Shown: positions 1 to 8,757 of the stretch, one piece after another | Layout: every line of letters begins with the position of its first letter | How positions within the stretch are numbered: the first letter of the stretch is position 1 | NCBI GenBank assembly: GCA_041580435.1 | Contig: JBFGDW010000002.1 | Coordinates: forward strand, 1 to 32,859 | From: Candidatus Polarisedimenticolia bacterium | Lineage (GTDB): Bacteria > Acidobacteriota > Polarisedimenticolia > SMYD01 | DNA length: 32,859 bases | Reading direction: 5' to 3' | The notes under the pieces: generated by a model | The model's database searches: none | Told to the model about the DNA's origin: nothing | The model's input: the letters and a program-made list of their open reading frames with translations, nothing else | Made by a program: the position numbers and the translations under genes

Positions 1-2
1 AC

Positions 3-488
3 AACCGCTCCAGCGCCTACGAGATCGACTTCTCCGAGGAGGGGGATCGCCTGCGCGGCGATGCCACCGCCGCCCGCCGGGCCGTGGAGACCGAGGACAG
101 GGCGGCCCTCATGGACTCGCTGATCCTTTGCAAGTTCCTGCGCGGGGTGTTCACCGACCTGTTCGAGGAGGCGGCACCGCTGCTCGCCGCCGTCACCGGC
201 TGGGACGTCACCCCGGCCGAGCTGCGCGAAACCGCCGCGCGCATCGTCACCGCCCGCAAGTGGTTCAACCAGCGCGAGGGGTGGACGCCGGCCGAGGACA
301 CGCTGCCCGAGCGCTTCCTGAGCGAGCCGCTCACTCAGGGGGCCTCGGCCGGTGCCACGCTGCCCCGGTCGCGCCTGCGGGAGATGATCGCCGCCTACAA
401 CCGCGCCCGTGGCTGGACCGACGACGGTCACGTGCCGCCGGAGGTGCGCCGGGAGCTGGGCCTTGAGCCCGGCCGGGGCGCGCCGTAG
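3..488 (+). CDS. Aldehyde:ferredoxin oxidoreductase family protein, C-terminal part (5' end outside the window)
   Basis: Frame is open from base 3 (NRSSAYEIDFS...). It contains AOR C-terminal motifs EDRAALMDSLILCKF, LAAVTGWD, FNQREGWTPAEDTLPERF and YNRARGWTDDG. Stop TAG at 486-488. Confidence 0.85.
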   Translation, partial: NRSSAYEIDFSEEGDRLRGDATAARRAVETEDRAALMDSLILCKFLRGVFTDLFEEAAPLLAAVTGWDVTPAELRETAARIVTARKWFNQREGWTPAEDTLPERFLSEPLTQGASAGATLPRSRLREMIAAYNRARGWTDDGHVPPEVRRELGLEPGRGAP

Positions 489-518
489 GCCGGTCCCACG
501 TGCCAAAGGAGGAAGCCG

Positions 519-1088
519 ATGCTCAAGATCACCGCCCTGTCCGGGAGCCTGCGCAAGCGCTCCTACAACACCGCGCTGGCGCGCGCCGCCCTGGCCGAGC
601 TACCCGGGGGCTTCCAGGGGGAGCTGCTCACCATTGCCGGCATCCCGGTCTACAACGGCGACCTGGAGTCCATGGAGGGGCTGCCCACCGCCGTGACCGC
701 CCTCAAGCAGACGCTGGCTGCCAGCAGCGGGCTGCTCCTGGCCACCCCCGAGTACAACAACTCCATGCCCGGTCCGCTCAAGAACGCCATCGACTGGCTG
801 TCGCGCCCCTCCTCCGACACCGGCAAGGTGTTGGACGGCCTGCCGGTGGGGCTGCTGGGGGCCACGCCGGGCCGCGGCGGGACCCGCCTGTCACAGGCGG
901 CCTGGCTGCAGGTGCTGCGTGCCCTGGGCATGCGCCCCTTCTTCGGCAAGCGCCTGGAGGTTTCCGGCGCCGGGGATCTTTTCGACGACGACCTGAAGCT
1001 GACCGACGAGGAGACGAGAAAGCGCGTGGGGGCCTTCGTGACCGCCTTCGCCGCCTTCGTGAAGGAGAGCGCCCGGCGCACCGGGTGA
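519..1088 (+). CDS. NAD(P)H-dependent FMN reductase (flavodoxin-like, ChrR/SsuE-type)
   Basis: Motifs GSLRKRSYN and ATPEYNNSMPGPLKNAIDWLSR. SD AAGGAGG at 506-512. Confidence 0.92.
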   Translation: MLKITALSGSLRKRSYNTALARAALAELPGGFQGELLTIAGIPVYNGDLESMEGLPTAVTALKQTLAASSGLLLATPEYNNSMPGPLKNAIDWLSRPSSDTGKVLDGLPVGLLGATPGRGGTRLSQAAWLQVLRALGMRPFFGKRLEVSGAGDLFDDDLKLTDEETRKRVGAFVTAFAAFVKESARRTG

Positions 1089-1115
1089 TGGGTTAGACTG
1101 GCCGCGGGAGTCCTC

Positions 1116-3953
1116 ATGAGCAGCCCGGCCGGCAAGGTCCAGCTCACCATCGACGGTACGGCCCTGGAGGTGCCGGCCGGCACCACCATCTGGGACGCCG
1201 CCCACCGCGCCGGCATCCACATCCCGGTGCTGTGCCACGACCCGAAGATGCGCCCGGTGGGGGTCTGCCGCATGTGCGTGGTGGACGTGGGGGGCCGGGT
1301 GCTGGCCGCCGCCTGCGTGCGTGGCGCCGAGGACGGCATGCAGGTGGACACCTGCTCGCCCAGGGTGGAGCGCCAGCGGGCCACCCTCACCGGCCTGCTC
1401 ATGGCCGACCACGCCGCTCCCTGCCAGCGGGAGGACACCACCGCCGACTGCGAGCTGGAGGCCCTGGCGCGGCGCTACGGTGTGCCGGCCCCCGGCCCGG
1501 CCGCCGCCCTGCCTTCCGGCAACGGCCGCCCCACCGATCTCTCCTCGCCGGTCATCGCCGTGGACCACCAGGCCTGCATCCTGTGCGACCGCTGCATCCG
1601 GGCCTGCGACGACATCCAGTCCAACGAGGTCATCGGCCGCACCGGCAAGGGGTATGCCGCCCGCATCGCCTTCGACCTGGACCAGCCCATGGGGTCCTCG
1701 ACCTGCGTGTCCTGCGGCGAGTGCGCGGCCGCCTGCCCCACCGGCGCCCTCACCAACAAGCCCCTCACCGTGGCGATCCGCCCACCGGCGCAGACCAGGG
1801 CCGTCGACTCGGTCTGCCCCTACTGCGGCGTGGGGTGCGCGCTGACCTACCACGTCTCCGACGGCCAGATCGCCTACGCCGAAGGGCGCGAGTCCCCCGT
1901 CAACCACGGCCGCCTGTGCGTCAAGGGGCGCTACGGCTTCGACTACACCCACCACGAGCAGCGCCTGACGGTCCCGCTCATCCGGCGGGAGGCGTTCTAC
2001 CCCAAGGGGCCGCTGTCCGCCGACGTGCGCGGCGAGACAGGCGGCGGTCGGCAGGGCGGCACGGGCGGCGGCGGCCGGCGGCGCCCTGGCGGCGTGGTGG
2101 ACTACGACGAGGTGATGCCCGCCTTCCGCGAGGCCACCTGGGACGAGGCCCTCGATCTCGTCGCCTCCCGCTTCAAGGCCATCCGCGACACCCATGGCTC
2201 CGGCGCCCTGGCCGGCTTCGGCTCGGCCAAGTGCTCCAACGAGGAGGCCTACCTGTTCCAGAAGCTGGTGCGGGCGGTGTTCGGCACCAACAACGTGGAC
2301 CACTGCACCCGCCTGTGCCACGCCTCGTCGGTGGCGGCCCTGATGGAGACCATCGGCTCGGGGGCGGTGACCAACACCTTCGGCGACGTGGCCCGGGCCG
2401 AGGTGGCGCTGCTCACCGGCAGCAACGCCGCCGCCAACCACCCGGTGGCCGCCACCTTCATGAAGGAGGCGGTGAAGAACGGCACCAAGCTCATCGTGGT
2501 GGACCCGCGCCGCTCGGACATGGTCCCCTTCGCCACCCTCTTCTGCCACATCAAGCCGGGCACCGACGTGGCCTTCTACAACGCCCTCATGCACGTCATC
2601 ATCAAGGAAGGTCTCTACGACGCCGATTTCGTCCGCGACCGCACCGAGAACTTTGACGGCCTGAGGGAAACGGTGGCGGGCTACGCTCCCGAACGGGTCG
2701 CTCCGCTGGTGGGGGTGCCGGCCGCCACCATCGAGGAAGCCGCCCGCCTCATCGGCAAGGCCGCCAGCGCCATGGTCTTCTGGGGGATGGGGATCTCCCA
2801 GCACACCCACGGGACCGACAACGCCCGCTGTCTCATCTCCCTGATGCTGCTCACCGGCAATGTCGGCCGCCCGGGCACCGGCCTGCACCCGCTGCGGGGG
2901 CAGAACAACGTCCAGGGGGCCTCCGACGCCGGGCTGATCCCCATGGTCTACCCCGACTACCAGCCGGTGGGCGACGCCGAGGTGCGAGCCCGCTTCGAGC
3001 AGGCCTGGGGGGTGAAGCTGGACCCGAACCCGGGCCTGACGGTGGTGGAGATCATGGCGGCCGTGCTCGCCGGCGACATCCGCGCCATGCTCATGATGGG
3101 CGAGAACCCGTTCCTCTCCGACCCCAACATCAACAAGGTGCGCAAGGCCCTGGCCGCCATGGAGTTCCTGGTGGTGCAGGACATCTTCCTCACCGAGACC
3201 GCCGAGTTCGCCGACGTCATCCTGCCCGCCTCAACGGCCCTGGAGAAGACCGGCACCTACACCAACACCGACCGCCGGGTGCAGGTGGGCCGCCCGGCCA
3301 TGGACCCGCCCGGCCAGGCCCGGCTGGACTGGGAGATCCTCTGCGACATCGCCACCCGCATGGGCTACCCCATGCGCTACGACTCCCCTGCCGCCATCTT
3401 CGAGGAATTCGCCGGGCTCACCGAGTCGTACCGGGGGCTGACCCACGCCAACCTGGGCGCCACCGGCAAGCTCTGGCCCTGCCCCGATCCGGCCACCGGT
3501 GACGGCATCCAGGTGCTGTTCGACCAGGACTTCCCGTCAGGGCGCGGCAAGTTCGTCCCGGCCGACTCGCTCCCGGCCAAGGAGCTTCCGGATGAGGAGT
3601 ACCCCATGGTGCTCAACACCGGCCGGGTGCTGGAGCACTGGCACACCGGCTCCATGACCCGGCGCAGCAAGGCCCTGGACGCACTGGAGCCGGAGCCGTT
3701 CGTGGAGATCCACCCTGATGACGCCGCCGCCCTGGCCATCGCCGACGGCGGGATGGTGCGGGTCTCCTCCCGGCGCGGTGCCATCCGCCTCAAGGCGCGC
3801 CTCTCGGACCGGATGAACCCCGGCGCCGTCTTCATCCCCTTCCACTTCCGGGAGGCCGCCGCCAATGTCCTGACCATCGACGCCCTGGACCCCTACGGCA
3901 AGATCCCCGAGTTCAAGTTCTGCGCGGTCAGAGTGGCGGGAGATGATGCCTAG
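1116..3953 (+). CDS. fdhF: Formate dehydrogenase alpha subunit (molybdopterin oxidoreductase with N-terminal 2Fe-2S and 4Fe-4S domains), Cys at the metal-ligand position
   Basis: 2Fe-2S motif (LC..GVCRMCVV..AAC); ferredoxin motifs CILCDRCIRAC and CVSCGECAAACP; CPYCGVGC..LCVKG; active-site NNVDHCTRLCHASS and PLRGQNNVQG; C-terminal LNTGRVLEHWHTG and KIPEFKFCAV. SD GGGAG at 1106-1110. Confidence 0.93.
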   Translation: MSSPAGKVQLTIDGTALEVPAGTTIWDAAHRAGIHIPVLCHDPKMRPVGVCRMCVVDVGGRVLAAACVRGAEDGMQVDTCSPRVERQRATLTGLLMADHAAPCQREDTTADCELEALARRYGVPAPGPAAALPSGNGRPTDLSSPVIAVDHQACILCDRCIRACDDIQSNEVIGRTGKGYAARIAFDLDQPMGSSTCVSCGECAAACPTGALTNKPLTVAIRPPAQTRAVDSVCPYCGVGCALTYHVSDGQIAYAEGRESPVNHGRLCVKGRYGFDYTHHEQRLTVPLIRREAFYPKGPLSADVRGETGGGRQGGTGGGGRRRPGGVVDYDEVMPAFREATWDEALDLVASRFKAIRDTHGSGALAGFGSAKCSNEEAYLFQKLVRAVFGTNNVDHCTRLCHASSVAALMETIGSGAVTNTFGDVARAEVALLTGSNAAANHPVAATFMKEAVKNGTKLIVVDPRRSDMVPFATLFCHIKPGTDVAFYNALMHVIIKEGLYDADFVRDRTENFDGLRETVAGYAPERVAPLVGVPAATIEEAARLIGKAASAMVFWGMGISQHTHGTDNARCLISLMLLTGNVGRPGTGLHPLRGQNNVQGASDAGLIPMVYPDYQPVGDAEVRARFEQAWGVKLDPNPGLTVVEIMAAVLAGDIRAMLMMGENPFLSDPNINKVRKALAAMEFLVVQDIFLTETAEFADVILPASTALEKTGTYTNTDRRVQVGRPAMDPPGQARLDWEILCDIATRMGYPMRYDSPAAIFEEFAGLTESYRGLTHANLGATGKLWPCPDPATGDGIQVLFDQDFPSGRGKFVPADSLPAKELPDEEYPMVLNTGRVLEHWHTGSMTRRSKALDALEPEPFVEIHPDDAAALAIADGGMVRVSSRRGAIRLKARLSDRMNPGAVFIPFHFREAAANVLTIDALDPYGKIPEFKFCAVRVAGDDA

Positions 3954-6198
3954 GCCAGGGCTCGCCGCGGGACGATCATCCGTGATCGAGCCCGGGAACT
4001 TGACCAGGCGGGCTGGACCACTCTTCCTCGTTGCCGCGATCCTTGCGGGCGCCCAGCATCCTGCCGTGGAGACCACGGCCGCCGGTGGTGACGCCGCTCT
4101 CGCGCTGTCCTGTGACCCCTCATGCCAGCTGTGGCCCGGCCTGGTGACCCACCTGACCCCCGAGGACGGAGCGTTCACCGTGCAGACGAACTTCCAGAAT
4201 GGCGCCAGTGTGGGTTTCCAGGGTGCCGACCCAGGAGATTTCTGGAGGCTCGATTTCGCAGCGCCGGAGCGCGCACCTCTGATGCCCGGGAAGTACGCAG
4301 GCGCCACGCACTTCCCCTTTCAGGCGACGGACAGACCTGGATTGAGTGTCGCGGGACAGGGGTTGAGTTGCGAATCCATGGGAACTTTCGAGATCCTGGA
4401 ACTGGTCCAAGGCAGCGATGGATCCATCCTGGCGTTCCATGCCCGATTCGAGCACCACTGCGCACGGCTCGAAGGGACGCTCGTCGGCGAGGTGCAATTC
4501 GGGACGAGCAGTCCTGTCCTCCTGATCGGCCCCCTGGCGCCTGCCGTGGAGAAGACACGGACACTCGACTTCGACGTTCGCGCGTTCTCACCGGACCCAG
4601 GCACGATCGATCTGCTGGCGACGACCCTACCCGAGGGAGCCAGCTTCGACGATGAAGCCGCTGGGCGCGGTACCTTCTCCTGGACGCCGGGATTCGGCCA
4701 GACCGGGACGCACCTTGCTCGATTCAGCGCCCTACGGGCCAACGGGGACACCGCGGAACTCGCCACCACCATTGACGTGACCGGCATCAATGGACTCTGG
4801 ATCGAGAGCGCTCCCGGGGATCCCGTCGGGCTCGGACAGTGGTTGTTCGCCACCAGCAAGACGGGGTCCTTCACCAATCCGGATGCCGGGGAATCCGCCC
4901 GATTCGTGTACCGAGAGGACGCCTGGATCATCGATCTGGTCTTCGCTGCGCCTGACGGCGCACCCCTGGCTCCCGGTATGTACGAGGGGGCGATGCTTCA
5001 TCCGTTCCAGGATGCGGATCGGCCAGGCCTCCGCGTGGCGGTGTTTCCCGGCGGATCCTGTTACCCGGCGGACGGCCGCTTCACGGTGCGGGAGATCCGC
5101 CGCAACCTCCAGAAGGAGATCGTCGCATTCTGGGCCACGTTCGAGCAGTCCTGCGCCGGGGCACCAGGCGGACTGCGCGGCGAGGTGCGCTACCGCGCCA
5201 ACGTCTCCGTCCTCGCGCGCGCGCCCGAGAGACGAGTCGTGCCAGCCCGGGAGCCCATGTCGCTCGGCGTGCAGGGGTTCTCCGAGGCAGGTGGTCCGCC
5301 CGCGCTCACCACCGAGAACCCTCCGGAGGGCGCCCGGTTCACCGATCATGGAGACGGCACTGCAGCGCTTGCATGGAACCCCGGCGCACTCGACGCCGGC
5401 CGCTACCGCATGACGTTCAGGGCGACTGACGGGGAGGGCCGTACGGACTTCGCGTGGACGGACCTGGAAGTTCGCCTTGCCAACGACGACGTCGACGGCG
5501 CCTTGGTCATCCTGGAACTGCCCTTTCGCGATCAGGCCACGACGCTGACGGCCACCCGCAGTATCGACGATCCTTCCTGCGATACCTACGATGCCACTGT
5601 CTGGTATGCTCTTACTCCACGAACCGACCTTGTATTGCGCGCCACCACAGCGGGCAGTGACTACGCGACGTCGCTCTCGGCCTACACTGGGGCACGCCCG
5701 TTCATGAAGCCGCTTGTATGCAGCTTCGGGGACCTGATCCTGGAGGCTCAGGCGGGCGCGACCTATTACCTGATGGTGAACGGCAGGGAGGGTGGAGGCC
5801 GGCTAGAATTTGCCATCGTCGGCTACCCGCCTCTCGAACTCGACCTCCTTCTGGACCATGAGGCACAACTCGCCCCTCGCACCGGCACCATCACCGCGGG
5901 CGGCACTCTCACTTGCACGCGCCCCGCGCCGGTCACCCTGCACGTTACACTGGCACCGGCGACGGGCCGCTCACCGGGGGCCACACAGACCGCAAGCCTT
6001 GAGGTCGATTGCGACGGTGTGACGGAGTGGTCAGCGCAGTTCCCCGCTGGGGACCGCCGCGTCCCTCCAAACTCGGCGTCGCTCGAGGCCGCTGCCGCCG
6101 CCAGCGATGACCTCCTTCAGCGCATGGTCAGCGCCCATGCCGAGGATGAGATCCAGATAGGGGTGAAACCGCCCAGAAGCCGCCGCGGTGGGCCATGA
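3943..6198 (+). CDS. Secreted multidomain hypothetical protein: two tandem [Cys-pair beta domain + Ig-like] units plus two C-terminal extracellular domains
   Basis: 751-aa ORF. A signal-peptide-like stretch follows a TTG at 4000, which may be the true start. Duplicated motifs FAAP.xAPL.PG.Y.GA..xPFQ..DRPGL and PEGA.F.D...G.....W.PG. Then an ANDD..VWY..GSDY.T.LSAYTG domain. Confidence 0.7.
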   Translation: MMPRPGLAAGRSSVIEPGNLTRRAGPLFLVAAILAGAQHPAVETTAAGGDAALALSCDPSCQLWPGLVTHLTPEDGAFTVQTNFQNGASVGFQGADPGDFWRLDFAAPERAPLMPGKYAGATHFPFQATDRPGLSVAGQGLSCESMGTFEILELVQGSDGSILAFHARFEHHCARLEGTLVGEVQFGTSSPVLLIGPLAPAVEKTRTLDFDVRAFSPDPGTIDLLATTLPEGASFDDEAAGRGTFSWTPGFGQTGTHLARFSALRANGDTAELATTIDVTGINGLWIESAPGDPVGLGQWLFATSKTGSFTNPDAGESARFVYREDAWIIDLVFAAPDGAPLAPGMYEGAMLHPFQDADRPGLRVAVFPGGSCYPADGRFTVREIRRNLQKEIVAFWATFEQSCAGAPGGLRGEVRYRANVSVLARAPERRVVPAREPMSLGVQGFSEAGGPPALTTENPPEGARFTDHGDGTAALAWNPGALDAGRYRMTFRATDGEGRTDFAWTDLEVRLANDDVDGALVILELPFRDQATTLTATRSIDDPSCDTYDATVWYALTPRTDLVLRATTAGSDYATSLSAYTGARPFMKPLVCSFGDLILEAQAGATYYLMVNGREGGGRLEFAIVGYPPLELDLLLDHEAQLAPRTGTITAGGTLTCTRPAPVTLHVTLAPATGRSPGATQTASLEVDCDGVTEWSAQFPAGDRRVPPNSASLEAAAAASDDLLQRMVSAHAEDEIQIGVKPPRSRRGGP

Positions 6199-8247
6199 GC
6201 GCGCCCCACGGGAGCGGTCATCATTGCCTGACTCCATGCCGCGGAGATCATGCGGGACTTTCACGATGGCGCTGGCACTGGATTCGTTCCCCGAGCCATC
6301 CATGGCCTTGTAGACGACGGCATAGACCCGCCCTCCGCCTTCGGGATCCCGCTTGGCGCGCAGCGCGAAATCGAAGTCTGGGGTGCCCAGTTCTGCATCC
6401 TGGATATCTGGTTCCGTCTGGCCGCCACCGGACCCTCCATCGGCCTCGCTGTTGGTGATAGAAACCAGCGTGACCCTTGGTGAACCACAGCCATCCTCGG
6501 CCACCACGCTCGCTGTGACTCTTCTGAGTCGCTGATCCGGTGGCCAAAGTTGCATCGGATCAAGTGCAACGCTGATATCAGGCCGGATGATATCGCGCAC
6601 GGTGATCGTGGCCTTGCATGAGTTCACTCCCCCTCGATCGTCCCTGGCAAACATGGTCACCAAGTGGACCCCGAGCCCATAGGGGCCAGGAGGATCTTGG
6701 CTGAAGACCAGCGGGTCGCCATCGGGATCAAACGACCCACGCTCGACGGACGCATGCGCGACGCAGGCGTCTGGGGGAGTGTCAGCTGCGGCGCCGCGAC
6801 ACCGTACGACCGGCGGGCGATTGCCATCGAACACATAAGCCGCGCCCGCGCTGGCACCATTCTCTCCATCTCCCACTGCACCCACTACGGACATGCCACC
6901 GGACAGGGAGACGCTATTGCCGAAGAAACTGCGGGCGGCCAACTCGGACGGCTGGAGCTTGGCACTCTCGGTGATGCGACCTGACCAGCCACTCGCCGGC
7001 TTGGTGAACCTGTAGGCCGCTCCGGCGAAGTCAGCCCGACTGCTCTCCCCGTGGGCTCCCACCAGAATTGTATCCCCTGAGATCGCGACGGAGCGCCCGA
7101 GAAATGCATGGGCGCTGGCATCCGAGGCAAGAAGCTTGGCATTCTCGGTGGGCATGCCCTGCCACTGGCCGGGCGGCTTCACATAGACAAACGCCACCCC
7201 CGAGCTGGGGCCGAACTCATCATCCCCCGAGCCAATGACGATTGTGCCGCCAGAAATCGATACTGATTGGCCGAAGAGCTTGCGAACGCCGCCTCTGGAA
7301 GGCAGGAGCTTGGCTGACTCGTGCTGGCGCCCGGACCATCCACCTTCGGGTTTCTCGAAAACGTATGCAGAACCAGACAGGAAGCCATTGTCGCCATCAT
7401 GCCGAGCGCCGACGACGACGGTATCTCCTGAAATCGAGACGGCCGAGCCGTAACCATCGAGCCGCTCCCCATCCGAGGCCAGGAGCATAGCCTGCTCACC
7501 CTTCGTCTCTTCCCATCCCCCAACCGGGCGGATGAACACATAGATCGCGTTGGCAGCCACGCCCGACGCATCGAGATCGGCCCCCCGCACGACCACCGTA
7601 TCCCCTGAGATGGAAAGGGCACCACCGACGGGATCCCCGTCTTTGGCCAGCAGCCTCGCAGTCTCGGTCATCGTGCCTGTCCATCCGCCTGGCGGCCTCT
7701 CGAACACGTAGACCCTGCCCGAGACGGATCCACTGACTCCACCTCGAGAAGCGAGCACGATCACACTGTCCCCATCGACGGCCACGGTCGCACCGAAGCG
7801 GCCGTCTGCCACTCCATTGGAAGGTAGGAGCTTCGCCGACTCGAGCACCTTCCCGCTCCATGGACCGCGCGGCTTGACAAAGACGTGGGCGGAGCCGGAG
7901 TTGTTGCCATTATCGTCGTCTCCAGGAGTGCCCACGACGATCAGATCTCCAGAAATGGAAACCGAGGTCCCCAACTGGTCACCTGGCACACCGTCGAAGG
8001 CGAGGATCTTGGCAACCTCTTGGACTGTCGCGAGATCGACGGACGCTGCGCTACTCGTTATCGTGGTGCTCGCCGCGATGTCCGTCGGTCGCGGCTCACC
8101 CTGAGCTGCTACGACCACGTGATCCGGCGCGGGATGCAGACCAACCAGCAACAGTGCCAGGGCGCCCCCGAGGCAAATCCATCGCCAGACCGGAGGCAAC
8201 CGTCCGGGACTTGCCGGCAGTGATCGGAGGAGCGCGCCAAGTCGCAT
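6031..8247 (-). CDS. FG-GAP (integrin-alpha-like) repeat secreted protein with C-terminal Ig/HYR-like domains
   Basis: Seven repeats of KLL.SD....FG.SV.ISGDT.VVGA....SG.AYVF and an N-terminal hydrophobic segment. ATG 8247 has GGGAG 7 nt upstream (ORF extends to 8310). C-terminal DPDGDPL and LWPP..LRA.R...GRVY...A.D.SGN..VPHD domains. Confidence 0.85.
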   Translation of the reverse strand: MRLGALLRSLPASPGRLPPVWRWICLGGALALLLVGLHPAPDHVVVAAQGEPRPTDIAASTTITSSAASVDLATVQEVAKILAFDGVPGDQLGTSVSISGDLIVVGTPGDDDNGNNSGSAHVFVKPRGPWSGKVLESAKLLPSNGVADGRFGATVAVDGDSVIVLASRGGVSGSVSGRVYVFERPPGGWTGTMTETARLLAKDGDPVGGALSISGDTVVVRGADLDASGVAANAIYVFIRPVGGWEETKGEQAMLLASDGERLDGYGSAVSISGDTVVVGARHDGDNGFLSGSAYVFEKPEGGWSGRQHESAKLLPSRGGVRKLFGQSVSISGGTIVIGSGDDEFGPSSGVAFVYVKPPGQWQGMPTENAKLLASDASAHAFLGRSVAISGDTILVGAHGESSRADFAGAAYRFTKPASGWSGRITESAKLQPSELAARSFFGNSVSLSGGMSVVGAVGDGENGASAGAAYVFDGNRPPVVRCRGAAADTPPDACVAHASVERGSFDPDGDPLVFSQDPPGPYGLGVHLVTMFARDDRGGVNSCKATITVRDIIRPDISVALDPMQLWPPDQRLRRVTASVVAEDGCGSPRVTLVSITNSEADGGSGGGQTEPDIQDAELGTPDFDFALRAKRDPEGGGRVYAVVYKAMDGSGNESSASAIVKVPHDLRGMESGNDDRSRGARSWPTAAASGRFHPYLDLILGMGADHALKEVIAGGGSGLERRRVWRDAAVPSGELR

Positions 8248-8403
8248 TGTTGAACTCCCAGACGCTTCAACATCATAGATCAAGATCGAGACGGGTCGCG
8301 AGACAAACATGAGGATCCCGCCTCAAGGATCAGGGGCGCGGTGTCCGGATGGTCACCGAACCCCCAATCAGCTCCATGACTTGCGATCCCCAGGGCCGTC
8401 CTG

Positions 8404-8446
8404 AGGCAGGCCAGGCTAGGACAAGGCGGCCCCTCCTGGCCTGCCT
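8404..8446. repeat. 12-bp perfect inverted repeat
   Basis: AGGCAGGCCAGG (8404-8415) and CCTGGCCTGCCT (8435-8446), 19-nt spacer, in the divergent intergenic region. Confidence 0.75.
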
Positions 8447-8757
8447 GGCCGGGAGTTGAGCCGCGGCCAGGGATCTCCTGGGAGACGGGAATGGACTCGG
8501 CCCCGGTGGGCTGGTGCTGGAGCCTCGACTCTGGCTGATCTCGCATACGTGATGGGAGCCGTGATGACCGGATCGTCACACGATCCGCGCGCGGCGCCTC
8601 CCATCAGGCCCCAGGACCGCACTGATCTCCCGGAAACGAGCGATGGCAGCGCCCTTGCTATGACCCTGTGGTCAACGCTGCGAGGGGGAAGCGCGGCCGG
8701 ACGAGACGGTCTTGTCCTGTCGGCTCGATCGCAGCGTGGGTCAGGGAGAGGGACGTC

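Noticed and set aside
1094-1099. TAGACT -10-like hexamer before the FDH gene
   Set aside because: No matching -35 element; the 27-nt gap also fits simple operonic read-through.
2296-2330. Selenocysteine or SECIS in the FDH
   Set aside because: The ligand codon is TGC (RLCH) and there is no in-frame TGA.
891-2888. 665-aa minus-strand ORF
   Set aside because: Antisense shadow of the FDH gene; high GC3 bias removes stops and the product has no motifs.
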